Below, one piece after another: positions 55,107-64,000 of a DNA stretch of 64,000 nucleotides (within the stretch, counting starts at the first letter, position 1; every line of letters starts with the position of its first letter). Origin of the DNA: an uncultured Bacilli bacterium. GTDB taxonomy: Bacteria; Bacillota_I; Bacilli_A; RFN20; CAG-826. The stretch covers positions 37,018 through 101,017 of the forward strand of contig CAKPNG010000001.1 of NCBI GenBank assembly GCA_934168325.1, in the 5' to 3' direction. Both the position numbers and the translations under genes were made by a program. The notes beneath the pieces are model-generated. The model saw nothing but the letters and a program-made list of their open reading frames with translations, was not told the DNA's origin and searched no databases.

Positions 55107-55576
55107 TCTATATTATAACTCCTTGCTATTGCGTCTGCTCGCTCATTTCCTTCAAGACCGCTATGACCCTTTACCTTTTTAAAAGTAAAATCACTGTCTT
55201 CAAAAAAAGGAATAAGCTTTTTCCAAAGGTCAATATTTGCGACTTTTTGTCCTTTAGAATTAACCCAATTATTTTTTATCCATTTTACATACCATTTTTG
55301 TTCATAACAATTAATGCAGTAAGCACTATCACTATAAACTTCACAACTAAAGAAAATTGCGTGATTTCGTAATTCAGTTGCTCGCTGGCAAAGTTTAATC
55401 ATAGCTGTCATTTCAGCTCGTTGATTAGTTTGAACTTCGCCTTCCAACAAACCTCCTTTGCTTTCTTCATATGCAACATCTTTTTCAGTATAACTAATGA
55501 AGTAACCCCAAGACGCTCGAGCGCCTTCTCGCCCATTTTTTGAAGCACTACCATCACAATAACCTACTATTTTCAT
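55103..55576 (-). CDS. rnhA: Ribonuclease H
   Basis: DGS...E...D...KVKGHSG..NERAD motifs. Confidence 0.85.
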   Translation of the reverse strand: MKIVGYCDGSASKNGREGARASWGYFISYTEKDVAYEESKGGLLEGEVQTNQRAEMTAMIKLCQRATELRNHAIFFSCEVYSDSAYCINCYEQKWYVKWIKNNWVNSKGQKVANIDLWKKLIPFFEDSDFTFKKVKGHSGLEGNERADAIARSYNIE

Positions 55577-55968
55577 TAAAGAACAGCTCCTTTCTTATAG
55601 TAGTTTTCATAAATGTCTTTTGCGGTAAAGTCAGTATTAAAGCGTTGAAATTCTCTTTCAATTAGTTTTTTAAGCTCATTGATAGGACAATTAACAGGTG
55701 CGGTCGTGCGTTGGAGTCGTCCAAAAATTTTTGCTTCTGTAAGGGCATTAAAATCGCGTTTATTAGCATTTATTTTTACTGGAATATTTACAACTCCACA
55801 AGCATCTTTAATGATGCGATAAACACACTTATTTTCATCTGTGAGCGGGGCACCATCAATTATGATGGATTTATAATGGGCTTTTTGATTAAAATAATAA
55901 TTATAAATTGTCCCATATTGATAAGCAATTACTTTATCAAACATATTATATTTTTCAATATCAGTCAT
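55576..55968 (-). CDS. Hypothetical protein
   Basis: Intact ORF downstream of a - strand promoter. Confidence 0.5.
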   Translation of the reverse strand: MTDIEKYNMFDKVIAYQYGTIYNYYFNQKAHYKSIIIDGAPLTDENKCVYRIIKDACGVVNIPVKINANKRDFNALTEAKIFGRLQRTTAPVNCPINELKKLIEREFQRFNTDFTAKDIYENYYKKGAVL

Positions 55969-56003
55969 TATAAAATTCTCCTTTTTCTTTTATTTCTAAT
56001 ATA

Positions 56004-56032
56004 ATTATAATATAAATACTGAAAAAAGTCAA
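56004..56032 (-). promoter_or_regulatory. sigma70-like promoter
   Basis: rc TTGACT-N17-TATAAT. Confidence 0.5.
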
Positions 56033-56093
56033 GTTTTCAAATGAATTTTTGACATTATTTTGAGAAAATAAAAAAATAAAGGAGGAATTTCTA

Positions 56094-56510
56094 ATGGGTG
56101 AAGAAATTAATATTTATGTAAAAACTCTTCTTGAGGGTATCGCAGTTCCTTGCGTTATATTTTTAACTCAAATTATTGTTCGTTTTGTTGCGACTTATAT
56201 GAACAAATTAAAAGAACAGCAGAAAAATGAAGAATTAAATAAATATTTTGATATTGTTCAAGATGCTATTATTAAATCTGTTCTTACAACCAACCAAGTT
56301 TTTGTTGATAACTTAAAAGGAAAGAACTTGTTTGATGAAGACGCTCAAAAGAAAGCTTATGAACAGACCCGTGATAGAGTTTTAGCAATTATTACCGATA
56401 GTCAAAAAGCTTTAATTGAAAGTGCTGTTGGCGATTTTGAGAAGTGGCTTAAAGCCCAAATTGAGGCTCAAGTGGTCGCCGCGAAGAAGGCAAAAGCAAA
56501 TGAAATTTGA
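56094..56510 (+). CDS. Membrane/coiled-coil protein
   Basis: RBS aaggagga. N-terminal TM segment. Confidence 0.5.
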   Translation: MGEEINIYVKTLLEGIAVPCVIFLTQIIVRFVATYMNKLKEQQKNEELNKYFDIVQDAIIKSVLTTNQVFVDNLKGKNLFDEDAQKKAYEQTRDRVLAIITDSQKALIESAVGDFEKWLKAQIEAQVVAAKKAKANEI

Positions 56511-57108
56511 CAGTAAGAAAAATTTTTATTATAATAAAGATAAATTGTCAGGGTTTTTTCAACAAAACCCTGATTGTTTATCTCAAAACTTATATATTGA
56601 AAAACAAGGTCGTTTAGGTATATTTAAGTTTGGCTGTTCAACTGTTGATAAAGTTGGATGCGGGGCTATCGCTGTTTATAATGCCTTAAAAGGAATGAAA
56701 GTTCCAACAACTTTTGATGAAGTTATTTGTATTTGTGAGCGTTATGCGAACTTTGGCGGAAAATTAGGAACAAAGCCTTCGGGCATTTCAAAATTATTTT
56801 CTGAAATTGGTATGCGGGCGACGCAGTATTCTTCAATCAGGCAATTAATATCTGCGAATCCAGAGCAAGGTATTATTTACTATTTAAGAGGATTTAGTGG
56901 AGCACATTATATATCCTTTACCCGTGCCGGCACTAATAAAAAAGGTGAGCCTACATATTATTTCCACAACATTGAACAATATGAGTTTTACGATAAACAA
57001 CAAATAAAAGGCAAAATTTATTTAGTTCCGAAAGCAATTACCCTTTTGGAATTTGACAAATCGAAAAAATTTATGTATAATATATATTGGAAAGTAAATA
57101 AAAAATAA
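56500..57108 (+). CDS. Putative papain-fold cysteine peptidase-like protein
   Basis: FGCSTVDKVGCGAIAVYNAL Cys motif. Start taken at the ATG overlapping the upstream stop. Confidence 0.4.
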   Translation: MKFDSKKNFYYNKDKLSGFFQQNPDCLSQNLYIEKQGRLGIFKFGCSTVDKVGCGAIAVYNALKGMKVPTTFDEVICICERYANFGGKLGTKPSGISKLFSEIGMRATQYSSIRQLISANPEQGIIYYLRGFSGAHYISFTRAGTNKKGEPTYYFHNIEQYEFYDKQQIKGKIYLVPKAITLLEFDKSKKFMYNIYWKVNKK

Positions 57109-57145
57109 TTTTATTTATACATTATTTAAATAGGAGGGAAAAAAG

Positions 57146-57445
57146 TTGGCGACAAAAATCAATCAGTCCGATATAAAACAAATTAACCAGCTCTATTATC
57201 AGTGCCACAACTATTCTCAAGTGGCAAGAGAGATGGGTATTAGCCCTTCCACAGTTAAGAAGTATGTGCAAGTTGACTATAAACCGATTGATGAATCAAA
57301 AATTAAACATATCGCAATTACTGATGTCCCTCGCACCTTTAATGCTGAAATTTTTCATAAAATTGCAGACATTGATATTCTTTGTCTTACTGATGAAGAA
57401 AAAGAAGAATTGAATTATATGAAGGAGTGGGAAATAGAAATATGA
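57146..57445 (+). CDS. HTH DNA-binding protein
   Basis: YSQVAREMGISPSTVKKYV. Confidence 0.5.
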   Translation: MATKINQSDIKQINQLYYQCHNYSQVAREMGISPSTVKKYVQVDYKPIDESKIKHIAITDVPRTFNAEIFHKIADIDILCLTDEEKEELNYMKEWEIEI

Positions 57446-57852
57446 AAGAAGTTAAATATTTTGATTATATGGAAAGTTCTACTCCTAATAAATATATAAT
57501 TACTTATGACCCCGATAAAGGTTTCCCAATCACTTATACTTCGGGGAGTTTTGCTGTGCTGCCCGCGAGGCTTATGAATTTAACTTATCCAAATTATTTG
57601 CGACTTTGTCGTGATGAGTTTGGAGCCGAAATTATAGGTAAAAATAGCGGTTATCCCATTGTTTATTTTCCTAAAGGCAAAAATTTGTTTCAATTTATAC
57701 ATCTCCTTAACTCACGGGCAGCCGCAGTAAAATGGGAAAAAGAAGAATTAGATAGCTACAAAGAAAAAGTAGAATATTTAAGAAAGAATTATCCACAAAC
57801 CCTGAAACGCTTTGAAGAAAGGAACGGTGAGATTGGTTATGAATTTAAGTAA
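57442..57852 (+). CDS. Hypothetical protein
   Basis: RBS ggagtggga then ATG. Confidence 0.45.
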   Translation: MKEVKYFDYMESSTPNKYIITYDPDKGFPITYTSGSFAVLPARLMNLTYPNYLRLCRDEFGAEIIGKNSGYPIVYFPKGKNLFQFIHLLNSRAAAVKWEKEELDSYKEKVEYLRKNYPQTLKRFEERNGEIGYEFK

Positions 57853-58675
57853 AGACATCATCGAAAGAATCGGTTATTGGAGTGGTTGGAGTCAAGAAAA
57901 AGTTGATGAGGCGACCGCCCGCGAAAACTTAACTTTTAAAGATGTATTAGAGTCTAATGAAATATCTGATGCAATTAAACATTGGGTTTATTCTATGGCT
58001 CTTCTTTCTTCTGAAGGCCACATTCTTTATGAAAAGTATTTTCAGCTTGAAAATAGTGAGTTTATTTATTCCAGTCAAAAAGTTAAAAATAGTTATCGTG
58101 TTCTTGATAGCGACCATATCTATGATAGTCAAATGATAAAGAATAGCCGTTATATTACTAATAGCTATATTGTTGAGAATAGTGAAGGTATTGATAACTG
58201 TGAAGGCGTTTTTAACTCCCATGACATTAATGATTGTAAAAATTTGCATGACTCTACTTATTGCGAACGAGTTCATAGTGGATATTGGAATCAAACTTGC
58301 ATTGATGGTAATTGGTTGATTAGTTGCCGTAATTGCTGCAATTGCTATTTTTGCAACAGTGTAGGAGCAGATAGCCAAATTTCTTATAATTTAATTTGTT
58401 GCTATAATTTTACTAATTTTGATAAAGACAAATTTTATTTATTCAATAATGAAATTCCGCAAGAAATTTGGGAACAAGTAAAAAGAAAATTGACTCGTGA
58501 GCTTTTTAATGAATGTCAATGGACTTATATAACTCGCATTCCTACTTGTGGCACTAATAAATTGTTTAGTAAAATAGATAATAAAAATTTTTTGAAAATA
58601 ATGAAGTCTTTGCCCAGTTATGATGCAAAGCTTATGTATAATATCACTCTTGTTGGTGATTTTTTAACTAATTGA
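57839..58675 (+). CDS. Hypothetical Cys-rich repeat protein
   Basis: Intact ORF, start adjusted to an internal ATG. Confidence 0.45.
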   Translation: MNLSKDIIERIGYWSGWSQEKVDEATARENLTFKDVLESNEISDAIKHWVYSMALLSSEGHILYEKYFQLENSEFIYSSQKVKNSYRVLDSDHIYDSQMIKNSRYITNSYIVENSEGIDNCEGVFNSHDINDCKNLHDSTYCERVHSGYWNQTCIDGNWLISCRNCCNCYFCNSVGADSQISYNLICCYNFTNFDKDKFYLFNNEIPQEIWEQVKRKLTRELFNECQWTYITRIPTCGTNKLFSKIDNKNFLKIMKSLPSYDAKLMYNITLVGDFLTN

Positions 58676-58688
58676 GGTGATTAACTTT

Positions 58689-59927
58689 ATGAAAGAAATT
58701 AACTGCCCCGCTAGTGCCCAACTTATGATGATGCCAATGATGAGTGGCACTATCGCGGCGGGCTTTAAGAATAAAAAATATTAGGAAGCTTATAAATTTC
58801 CTCACTATGGCGTTGATTTTGATAGTCGATATGGTGAAGATTTTAAAGTGGTGGCTTCTGGTAACGGAACAGTAATTGGGGTTGAGAAAAACTTAAACAA
58901 TTCTTTAGGTTGTATTTGTGTTATATAGTATGATAATGTTTATAACCCGACCACTAAAAAAATTGAAAGTTATGTGTTCCGCTATTATCATATGGCTTAG
59001 CTTTATGTTAAGAAAGGCGATAAGGTAAAAGCTTATGACCAATTAGGACAAGTAATTAATCATAAGTGGTGGAATCATGTCCATGTAGAAATTGATTCCG
59101 ATATTAAATATCCTTTCTATACCCCGCAGGTTGCAGAAAAATCTTCAGCATTGTTAATTAGAAAAGGTGCGACTGATTCCTCTTTATTAAACCCTATGAC
59201 GGTGTTAGTTGTTGGAAGGCAGCAATCTATGATGGTTCATAATTTGGCTATTTATGCGGACCATACATCTGATGCTCCTCGATTTGTGGAAGGGTTGCCC
59301 GCGCCAACAATTCCAACTGAACCTAAACCGCAACCTAAACCTCAAGTTCAAGTTCAAGACAAAACCTTACCTATTCTTCCAATTAATGACGCAAAGCTGA
59401 CTTGTGGCTATAAAAATCCACTTTACTATCAGCAATATGGAATTAGACATTATGGTTGCGATTTAGTTTCTGTCTCGAACAAACGAGAAATTTATGCGTC
59501 AGCGGATGGTAAAGTAATCGCTGCGGGCTGGGATGGGACTAATACTCCAGCCTATCCAAACGGTAATAACTCAGGTTGTGGTTATGTTCTTATAATTGTT
59601 TATCCAAACATTAAAATCAAAGGGACGCAAAAAACTGGAGCCACTTTCACTTATCTTCACTTAAAAGAGCAACCAGTTGTAAAAGTTGGCAGCCAAGTTA
59701 AACAAGGACAATTATTAGGCTATTATGGAGATACTGGTTCAATGGTATTTGGTGCTCATTTGCACTTACAAATAGATACGGATACAAAATATCCTCAATA
59801 TTGTATGGGAATGGGTAGCGGGCATCGTATTTTAAAGCATGGCACAGTAGATAGCACAGTTAATCCTATGGATATTCTTTATTTAGGAAAAAATCAATCT
59901 ATCATTGGCGGGCGCTATCCCGCGTAG
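58689..59927 (+). CDS. Peptidase M23 (LytM) with two M23-like domains; 3 in-frame TAG
   Basis: C-terminal domain ..GDTGSMVFGAHLHLQID; N-terminal domain ..WWNHVHVEID. Joins listed ORF 59151-59927. Confidence 0.7.
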
Positions 59928-60078
59928 TATGACAGAAATGACCTGCAAAAACTTGAAAAAATTTAAAAATTGTTATATAATAATTATAGAAAAGTTGAGA
60001 GAGCAATAAACTTTTTTGTGTTAGTTTTAACGAGTGCGCTGGCGGGCCGCGTAGTAGTCCGCTAAAGTTATCTCTCAG

Positions 60079-60108
60079 CTCTTTTAAATTTGACTTTTTA
60101 TAAAATTT
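60079..60108 (+). promoter_or_regulatory. sigma70-like promoter; its -10/leader region is duplicated at 60773-60815
   Basis: TTGACT then TATAAT. The gatataatatttatagaa element is repeated. Confidence 0.45.
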
Positions 60109-60151
60109 ATGATATAATATTTATAGAAAGTAAAGAAAGAGAGTTGAGGTT

Positions 60152-60769
60152 ATGGTTGATTTGCTGAACAGAGACAATGAACGCAATTATACAAATTCTG
60201 ATTATTCAACATATAATTGTGGCGGTTTCGCTTTAGAAACTTATTCTTGGTATCAGCCCCTTGATGGATACAGTTCAACAATTGAAATTTTAAACAATGC
60301 GGGACTGTCATTTTTAGACCGTAGTCAAATTGATGCTTATCCTGAATTTTATGACTATATGACTCAATTTATGGTTGAAGATTTGATTATGCCTCGTATG
60401 ATGATAGATTTTAAAGACCGCCATCTTCATCGAGTTAAAGGACGAGAGCAAGTCGATTTTGCTAATGAAAATTTAATTTCATTGCGAGTTGGCATTGAAT
60501 TTAGTCTTGATGAAGATGAAACAGCTTGGTGGGCTGATGATTTTGATTTTCACTATCGTCTTTATCAACCACAATTTGATTTGTGGTATGAGAAATGTGG
60601 GAAAAATCATCCTCATATCGCTCCAAAAAATTGGGATGAAAATTTTCTTTATAATAGTGATATTTATTATTTTGCAATCGCCGCGAAGAACTCTAATTTA
60701 ATTTTTGAACAAAATAAAGAGCCAGTAATCATTGAAGATGATGGCTATGAAAATTTGATTTTTCTCTAA
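60152..60769 (+). CDS. Hypothetical protein (205 aa)
   Basis: RBS gagttgagg then ATG. Confidence 0.55.
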   Translation: MVDLLNRDNERNYTNSDYSTYNCGGFALETYSWYQPLDGYSSTIEILNNAGLSFLDRSQIDAYPEFYDYMTQFMVEDLIMPRMMIDFKDRHLHRVKGREQVDFANENLISLRVGIEFSLDEDETAWWADDFDFHYRLYQPQFDLWYEKCGKNHPHIAPKNWDENFLYNSDIYYFAIAAKNSNLIFEQNKEPVIIEDDGYENLIFL

Positions 60770-60799
60770 AATTTTGATATAATATTTATAGAAGTTGAG

Positions 60800-61055
60800 A
60801 GAAAAGAGTTTCTTATTTTCCTTTCTGACTCTTTTCTCTCTCGACCTCTCCTATAAAACAGGCACAACGCGTAAAGTGAAGTGGCGGTTCCAACCCCGCG
60901 TAAATGTTGAGGATAGGAGATTCTGACAAAGTTTCTGAAATCACGGTGGAGTGGTTGCCCATCGGAGAGAATACTTTATTCATAGTAAGATTGTCGCTTA
61001 CGGTGAGAAGTGTTTGAACATAAATAGCAACCTGTCCTACCCCATTAAATGTTAG
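60800..61055 (+). other. GC-richer structured leader/ncRNA candidate
   Basis: No coding frame. Long-range pairing CTCTCCTAT...ATAGGAGAT encloses nested GC stems. Lies downstream of the repeated promoter element. Confidence 0.35.
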
Positions 61056-61069
61056 AGAGGAGTTTTGTG

Positions 61070-61258
61070 ATGTATATTTGTCCGATTTGTCGTAGAGAAT
61101 ATACAACGGATGAAGCTGTTGCAAAGTGTTTTTTAAGATGCTGGCACGAAGAGCATCCTTCTCAAAAATCCCAGCCAGCTCCGCATAGTGAAGATATTTT
61201 TGACCGTAAGGTTAATAAAGATATTTTTACTTTTTTTAATTCATTTAAGAAAGGATAA
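61070..61258 (+). CDS. Small zinc-ribbon protein
   Basis: RBS agaggag. CPICRREY...CFLRCWH. Confidence 0.45.
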   Translation: MYICPICRREYTTDEAVAKCFLRCWHEEHPSQKSQPAPHSEDIFDRKVNKDIFTFFNSFKKG

Positions 61259-61261
61259 ACT

Positions 61262-61615
61262 ATGCACGAAGTAAAGGTAAAGACACATTTAATAATTACG
61301 GACATTCATAATGAATATCATATGAATTGGTGCGGAAAAGTTCTTGACACGAAACCACTACTAAATGATATAGGTTTGCCTACTTTTGTTGTAGTGGGAA
61401 GTAAAGGACGAGTAGAAGTTAATACGGTAGATATGAAATATCTTGAAGATTGTGCCAAGAGATTGACCAATCCTCGCGGACGCTTAGCAATTAGTTATGA
61501 CAGCGCTAATGTCTATATTAAAGAGACAAATGGAGCCGAAAGGCTAATGGGCGTTCTATTTCATAGACGAGTAAAGACTTTCGCACCAATGTATGATGGG
61601 GTTTATTGGGAGTAA
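61262..61615 (+). CDS. Hypothetical protein
   Basis: Intact ORF. Confidence 0.5.
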   Translation: MHEVKVKTHLIITDIHNEYHMNWCGKVLDTKPLLNDIGLPTFVVVGSKGRVEVNTVDMKYLEDCAKRLTNPRGRLAISYDSANVYIKETNGAERLMGVLFHRRVKTFAPMYDGVYWE

Positions 61616-61625
61616 AGAATAAAAT

Positions 61626-61702
61626 GAGGCGGTAGTCCAACGGCAGCAGACAATGGACTTAAAATCCATCAAGTGAGGGTTCGAATCCCTCTCGCCTTAC
61701 CA
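61626..61702 (+). tRNA. tRNA with anticodon UAA (Leu-like) and a short variable arm
   Basis: Acceptor GAGGCGG/TCGCCTT with A73 and CCA. T arm GAGGG-TTCGAAT-CCCTC. Anticodon stem ATGGA/TCCAT with loop CTTAAAA. Confidence 0.55.
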
Positions 61703-61985
61703 TTAGGTTTTTCAACCTACCCTTAAAATTGAGATTAGAATAAAACACAAAGATGATGCTTTGAAGTATAAAAGCGGTCCGCACTTTTAGTAAGATTTTT
61801 TAATTATATAAATCCTATTTTATCCCATTATTTCTTGGAAAGGAGCAGAAAAATGGATAAGCGTATATTTAAGAAAACTGGTGAAGAACTTCAACAGTAT
61901 CTAGCATTTAAGCGAAAACATTTTTTTGTTCCCGCCAAGAAAGGAAAAGGTTCTTTTAAAAGGCAAGAAAAACATTCAAAAAATT

Positions 61986-62059
61986 TCGAGAACGTAGTGT
62001 AATGGTAGCACCTTTCATTTGGGATGAAAGAGAGTGGTTCGAGTCCAACGTTTTCGACC
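61986..62059 (+). tRNA. tRNA-Pro(UGG)-like with irregular T-stem
   Basis: Acceptor CGAGAAC/GTTTTCG with A and CCA. D-arm TAGTGTAATGGTAGCAC. Anticodon stem TTTCA/TGAAA with loop TTTGGGA. GGTTCGAGTCC T-loop. Confidence 0.45.
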
Positions 62060-62205
62060 ATCAGTTCTTTTAGAAAAGGAGTGAAGCCTATGATTGTATT
62101 TGAAAGAATAAAGGAAAAGGACAGTCCGCCTAAAAGATGAGACTTGTTGAGAGTCGGTAAACTATCAACTCAGTTTTGTAGTTCTGAATAAAAACTACAA
62201 AGTAT

Positions 62206-62282
62206 GGCAATATAGCTCAGTTGGTGGTAGCATTTGACTGTTAATCAAAGGGTCAAGAGTTCAAGTCTCTTTATTGCCTCCA
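62206..62282 (+). tRNA. tRNA-Asn(GUU)
   Basis: Acceptor GGCAATA/TATTGCC with T and CCA. Anticodon stem TTTGA/TCAAA with loop CTGTTAA. T arm AAGAG-TTCAAGT-CTCTT. Confidence 0.7.
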
Positions 62283-62357
62283 TGGGGTGGCTTCGCCCTG
62301 ACTATATAAAAATGAAGCTTGTGGGCATATTTTCTATTCAAAAAGTGCCCATTTTAT

Positions 62358-62429
62358 CGGATAATAGTTCAACGGGAGAACAAAGAGGTCGCGCCTTTTA
62401 TGGTAGTTCAATTCTACCTTATCCGACCA
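62358..62429 (+). tRNA. tRNA, anticodon read as CGC (Ala?), compressed variable region
   Basis: Acceptor CGGATAA/TTATCCG with A and CCA. D GTTC-AACGGGA-GAAC. T GGTAG-TTCAATT-CTACC. Anticodon loop GTCGCGC. Confidence 0.45.
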
Positions 62430-62534
62430 TTTTCATTATCGTGTATTGATGATGGAAACTCCTATATTCGGTGTTATTTCCGAATTTAACTGGTCTTTGG
62501 GTATTTCCCAGTCCAAGAAATAACCATTCGCTGT

Positions 62535-62608
62535 GGTTTAGTAGTTTAATGGTAGGATAAAGCTCTTGTAAAGCTTAGGCAACAGTCCGATTTTGTTCTA
62601 AACCTCCA
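62535..62608 (+). tRNA. tRNA-Thr(UGU)
   Basis: Acceptor GGTTTAG/CTAAACC with T and CCA. Anticodon stem AAGCT/AGCTT with loop CTTGTAA. Confidence 0.6.
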
Positions 62609-62740
62609 TCAGTGAAGTCTCGATTACCGATTGCCGGAACTCCACCACAAACAGTTAAATGTCAAATAGTGAATCGAGAGCTATTTGCGATGTAGTTTTC
62701 TGGTAGGTTTTCTACGTAAAAAAGCCTCCTATTTGCTGGT

Positions 62741-62812
62741 GGTCCGGTAGTTTAATGGTAAAACGCTCTCAGGCACGAGAGAAATAGGATGTTCGAATCC
62801 CTAAAGACCTCA
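62741..62812 (+). pseudogene. Degenerate tRNA-like element
   Basis: Good D-arm (GTTT-AATGGTA-AAAC) and GTTCGAATCC T-loop, but the acceptor and T stems do not close and the anticodon loop is 6 or 8 nt. Confidence 0.3.
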
Positions 62813-63587
62813 TAAGTGAAGCGATTTGTAGGTGTTAAATTTCCTGCTCCTTGAGTGGAAACCTTCGGCGTTGTGATTAGTCGCCTTATCTATCCAAGAT
62901 ATTTCCCATATTCACTTGTAAAAGAATATGGGAACGCGTTAAGCCTAAAGTTATAATCATAACGTATCTTAGTGAAGAACGAATACCATCGTGCTAAGAA
63001 ATAACCCCGTCCGCGATAGGGACGCAATACATAAGTCGATTTGAGGGATACTTCAATTAGACTAAGGTTAAACGGCGTGAGCTGTCCGACTAGACCAAGG
63101 CTGAACTGAGGTCCGTGCAGGGTTATTGTGCTAATCTAATCGCTCTTAAAAGCATTGTCTCATCGCTCTCACAATAGAAGCTTTAGTGAATAGCTGAAGC
63201 TGAACCCAAGAAGACGGTCGAGTGGCATCGCCCGCAATCGTTGGGAAAGCCAATAAGAGAGTTTGTCGTGAAGTTGAAGAAATTCAATGTATAAGATGAG
63301 GTCAAAGTACGAGTAGTCCAAGACAAAGACTTCCCGAATTTTAATGGGGGACTATTTAATAGGTAAATAAATTGCTTTACTTTTCTGAATGGTGGATGAA
63401 AGTTTGTCGTAATCAATCGACGAAAGGTTTGTTGTTGCTAGTGCAACATAGGGCAAGAACTTTTGTCAAGACGTTGGCAAGGGTCAGACTTGTCTTCCTT
63501 TTGGCTGAATATAAGAGAAGATTATGTGAGGTAAGGCGAAGGCCTACGATTGTGGTTATAATTTTAGGTTTAACCTAAAAACTTAAA
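62813..63587 (+). other. About 0.8 kb noncoding, hairpin-rich region inside the tRNA cluster (unclassified ncRNA or intron-like)
   Basis: No ORF over 60 codons. Perfect 9-bp hairpin CCCATATTC..GAATATGGG at about 62905-62935. GACTA/TAGTCC elements. Ends at the intrinsic terminator. Confidence 0.3.
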
Positions 63588-63626
63588 CCGCTCTTTGGGT
63601 TATCAGAGCGGGCATCTTTTTCTTTA
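63588..63626 (+). terminator. Intrinsic terminator
   Basis: CCGCTCT-TTGGGTTATC-AGAGCGG then GCATCTTTTTCTTT. Confidence 0.7.
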
Positions 63627-63672
63627 TTGGGATTTTTTTTGCTCTTTTTAGAAAAATAAAGAGCCGGAATAT

Positions 63673-63746
63673 TGGAGGTTCGTTCAATAGTAGGACTCAT
63701 CTCTCTAAAAGATGGAATCGCGGTGCAAATCCACGGCCTCTAGCCA
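63673..63746 (+). tRNA. Amber suppressor tRNA, anticodon CUA, Gln-like identity
   Basis: Acceptor TGGAGGT/GCCTCTA (U1-A72) with G73 and CCA. D GTTC-AATAGTA-GGAC (G10). Anticodon stem CATCT/AGATG with loop CTCTAAA (CTA at 63705-63707). T CGCGG-TGCAAAT-CCACG. Confidence 0.65.
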
Positions 63747-63876
63747 TGACAGCTTTGAAAGTTCCCCTGTCAAAAATAACAAGAACTTTCAGAAATCGCG
63801 GAGATGGAGAAAAAGAGTCTCGCAAGGGTCATTACCTTGAAATCAGTTATGGCAGTAATAACCTCCGCACCCATAC

Positions 63877-63951
63877 GGTCCCATCATCTAATGGCAAGGA
63901 TATAACCTTTTCACGGTTAAAATATGAGTTCAATTCTCATTGGGACTCCCA
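63877..63951 (+). tRNA. tRNA-Glu(UUC)
   Basis: Acceptor GGTCCCA/TGGGACT with C and CCA. Anticodon stem TAACC/GGTTA with loop TTTTCAC. T ATGAG-TTCAATT-CTCAT. Confidence 0.65.
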
Positions 63952-64000
63952 CTGGTTTGTGCATTCCATGATAAAGATGCACTCATTGGTAGCCAAGCAT

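Noticed and set aside
62741-62812. tRNA-like element as a possible second suppressor or frameshift tRNA (6- or 8-nt anticodon loop)
   Set aside because: Acceptor and T stems cannot be paired, so most likely a decayed tRNA copy. Kept as a pseudogene call only.
62813-63587. Group I intron or tmRNA interpretation of the noncoding block
   Set aside because: Isolated P7-like GACTA/TAGTCC elements only, no exon context, and no tmRNA acceptor pairing or tag ORF. Left as an unclassified ncRNA candidate.
1-64000. CRISPR arrays
   Set aside because: No direct-repeat or spacer periodicity seen anywhere in the window.

Overview
Low-GC (~33%) window that reads as part of a large tailed-phage genome. Strong Shine-Dalgarno sites and TTGACT-N16-18-TATAAT promoters point to a non-Bacteroidetes, Firmicutes-like host. 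The layout is three blocks. (i) 1-11.2 kb on the + strand holds late/virion genes. (ii) 11.2-41.4 kb on the - strand holds a nucleotide-metabolism and replication module: dUTPase, NCS2 nucleobase permease, nucleoside 2-deoxyribosyltransferase-like protein, class II RNR NrdJ, DnaE-type polymerase, DNA methyltransferase, RecJ-like exonuclease, primase, DnaB helicase, Sak4-like ATPase, SSB-like protein, type IIA topoisomerase subunits, UvrD-like helicase. (iii) 41.4-61.6 kb is mostly + strand and holds tail-fibre paralogs, lysis genes and, on the - strand, ligase, dNMP kinase and RNase H. A tRNA cluster plus a large noncoding region follows at 61.6-64 kb. The main result is systematic amber (TAG) recoding. 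Late genes are carried on ORF fragments that share one frame and are separated only by TAG; they terminate with TAA or TGA. The long replication ORFs contain no internal TAG. The tRNA cluster encodes a tRNA-Gln-like tRNA with anticodon CUA (about 63673-63746), a cognate amber suppressor, which argues for TAG->Gln (genetic code 15). Several early genes end in TAG and would be extended on readthrough, and a UvrD-like helicase is full length only if its single TAG is decoded. Other notable items: a 325-codon protein with about 53 Cys in strict CxxxC periodicity, immediately followed by a radical-SAM/SPASM maturase (candidate new RiPP-like or virion-crosslinking system); a DnaB helicase gene invaded twice, by a LAGLIDADG intein at the P-loop and by a roughly 1 kb insertion carrying a TAG-recoded GIY-YIG homing endonuclease; and a DnaE polymerase whose N-terminal PHP region lies upstream of the annotated start with no usable start codon. 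Coordinates I read by eye may be off by 1-2 nt.
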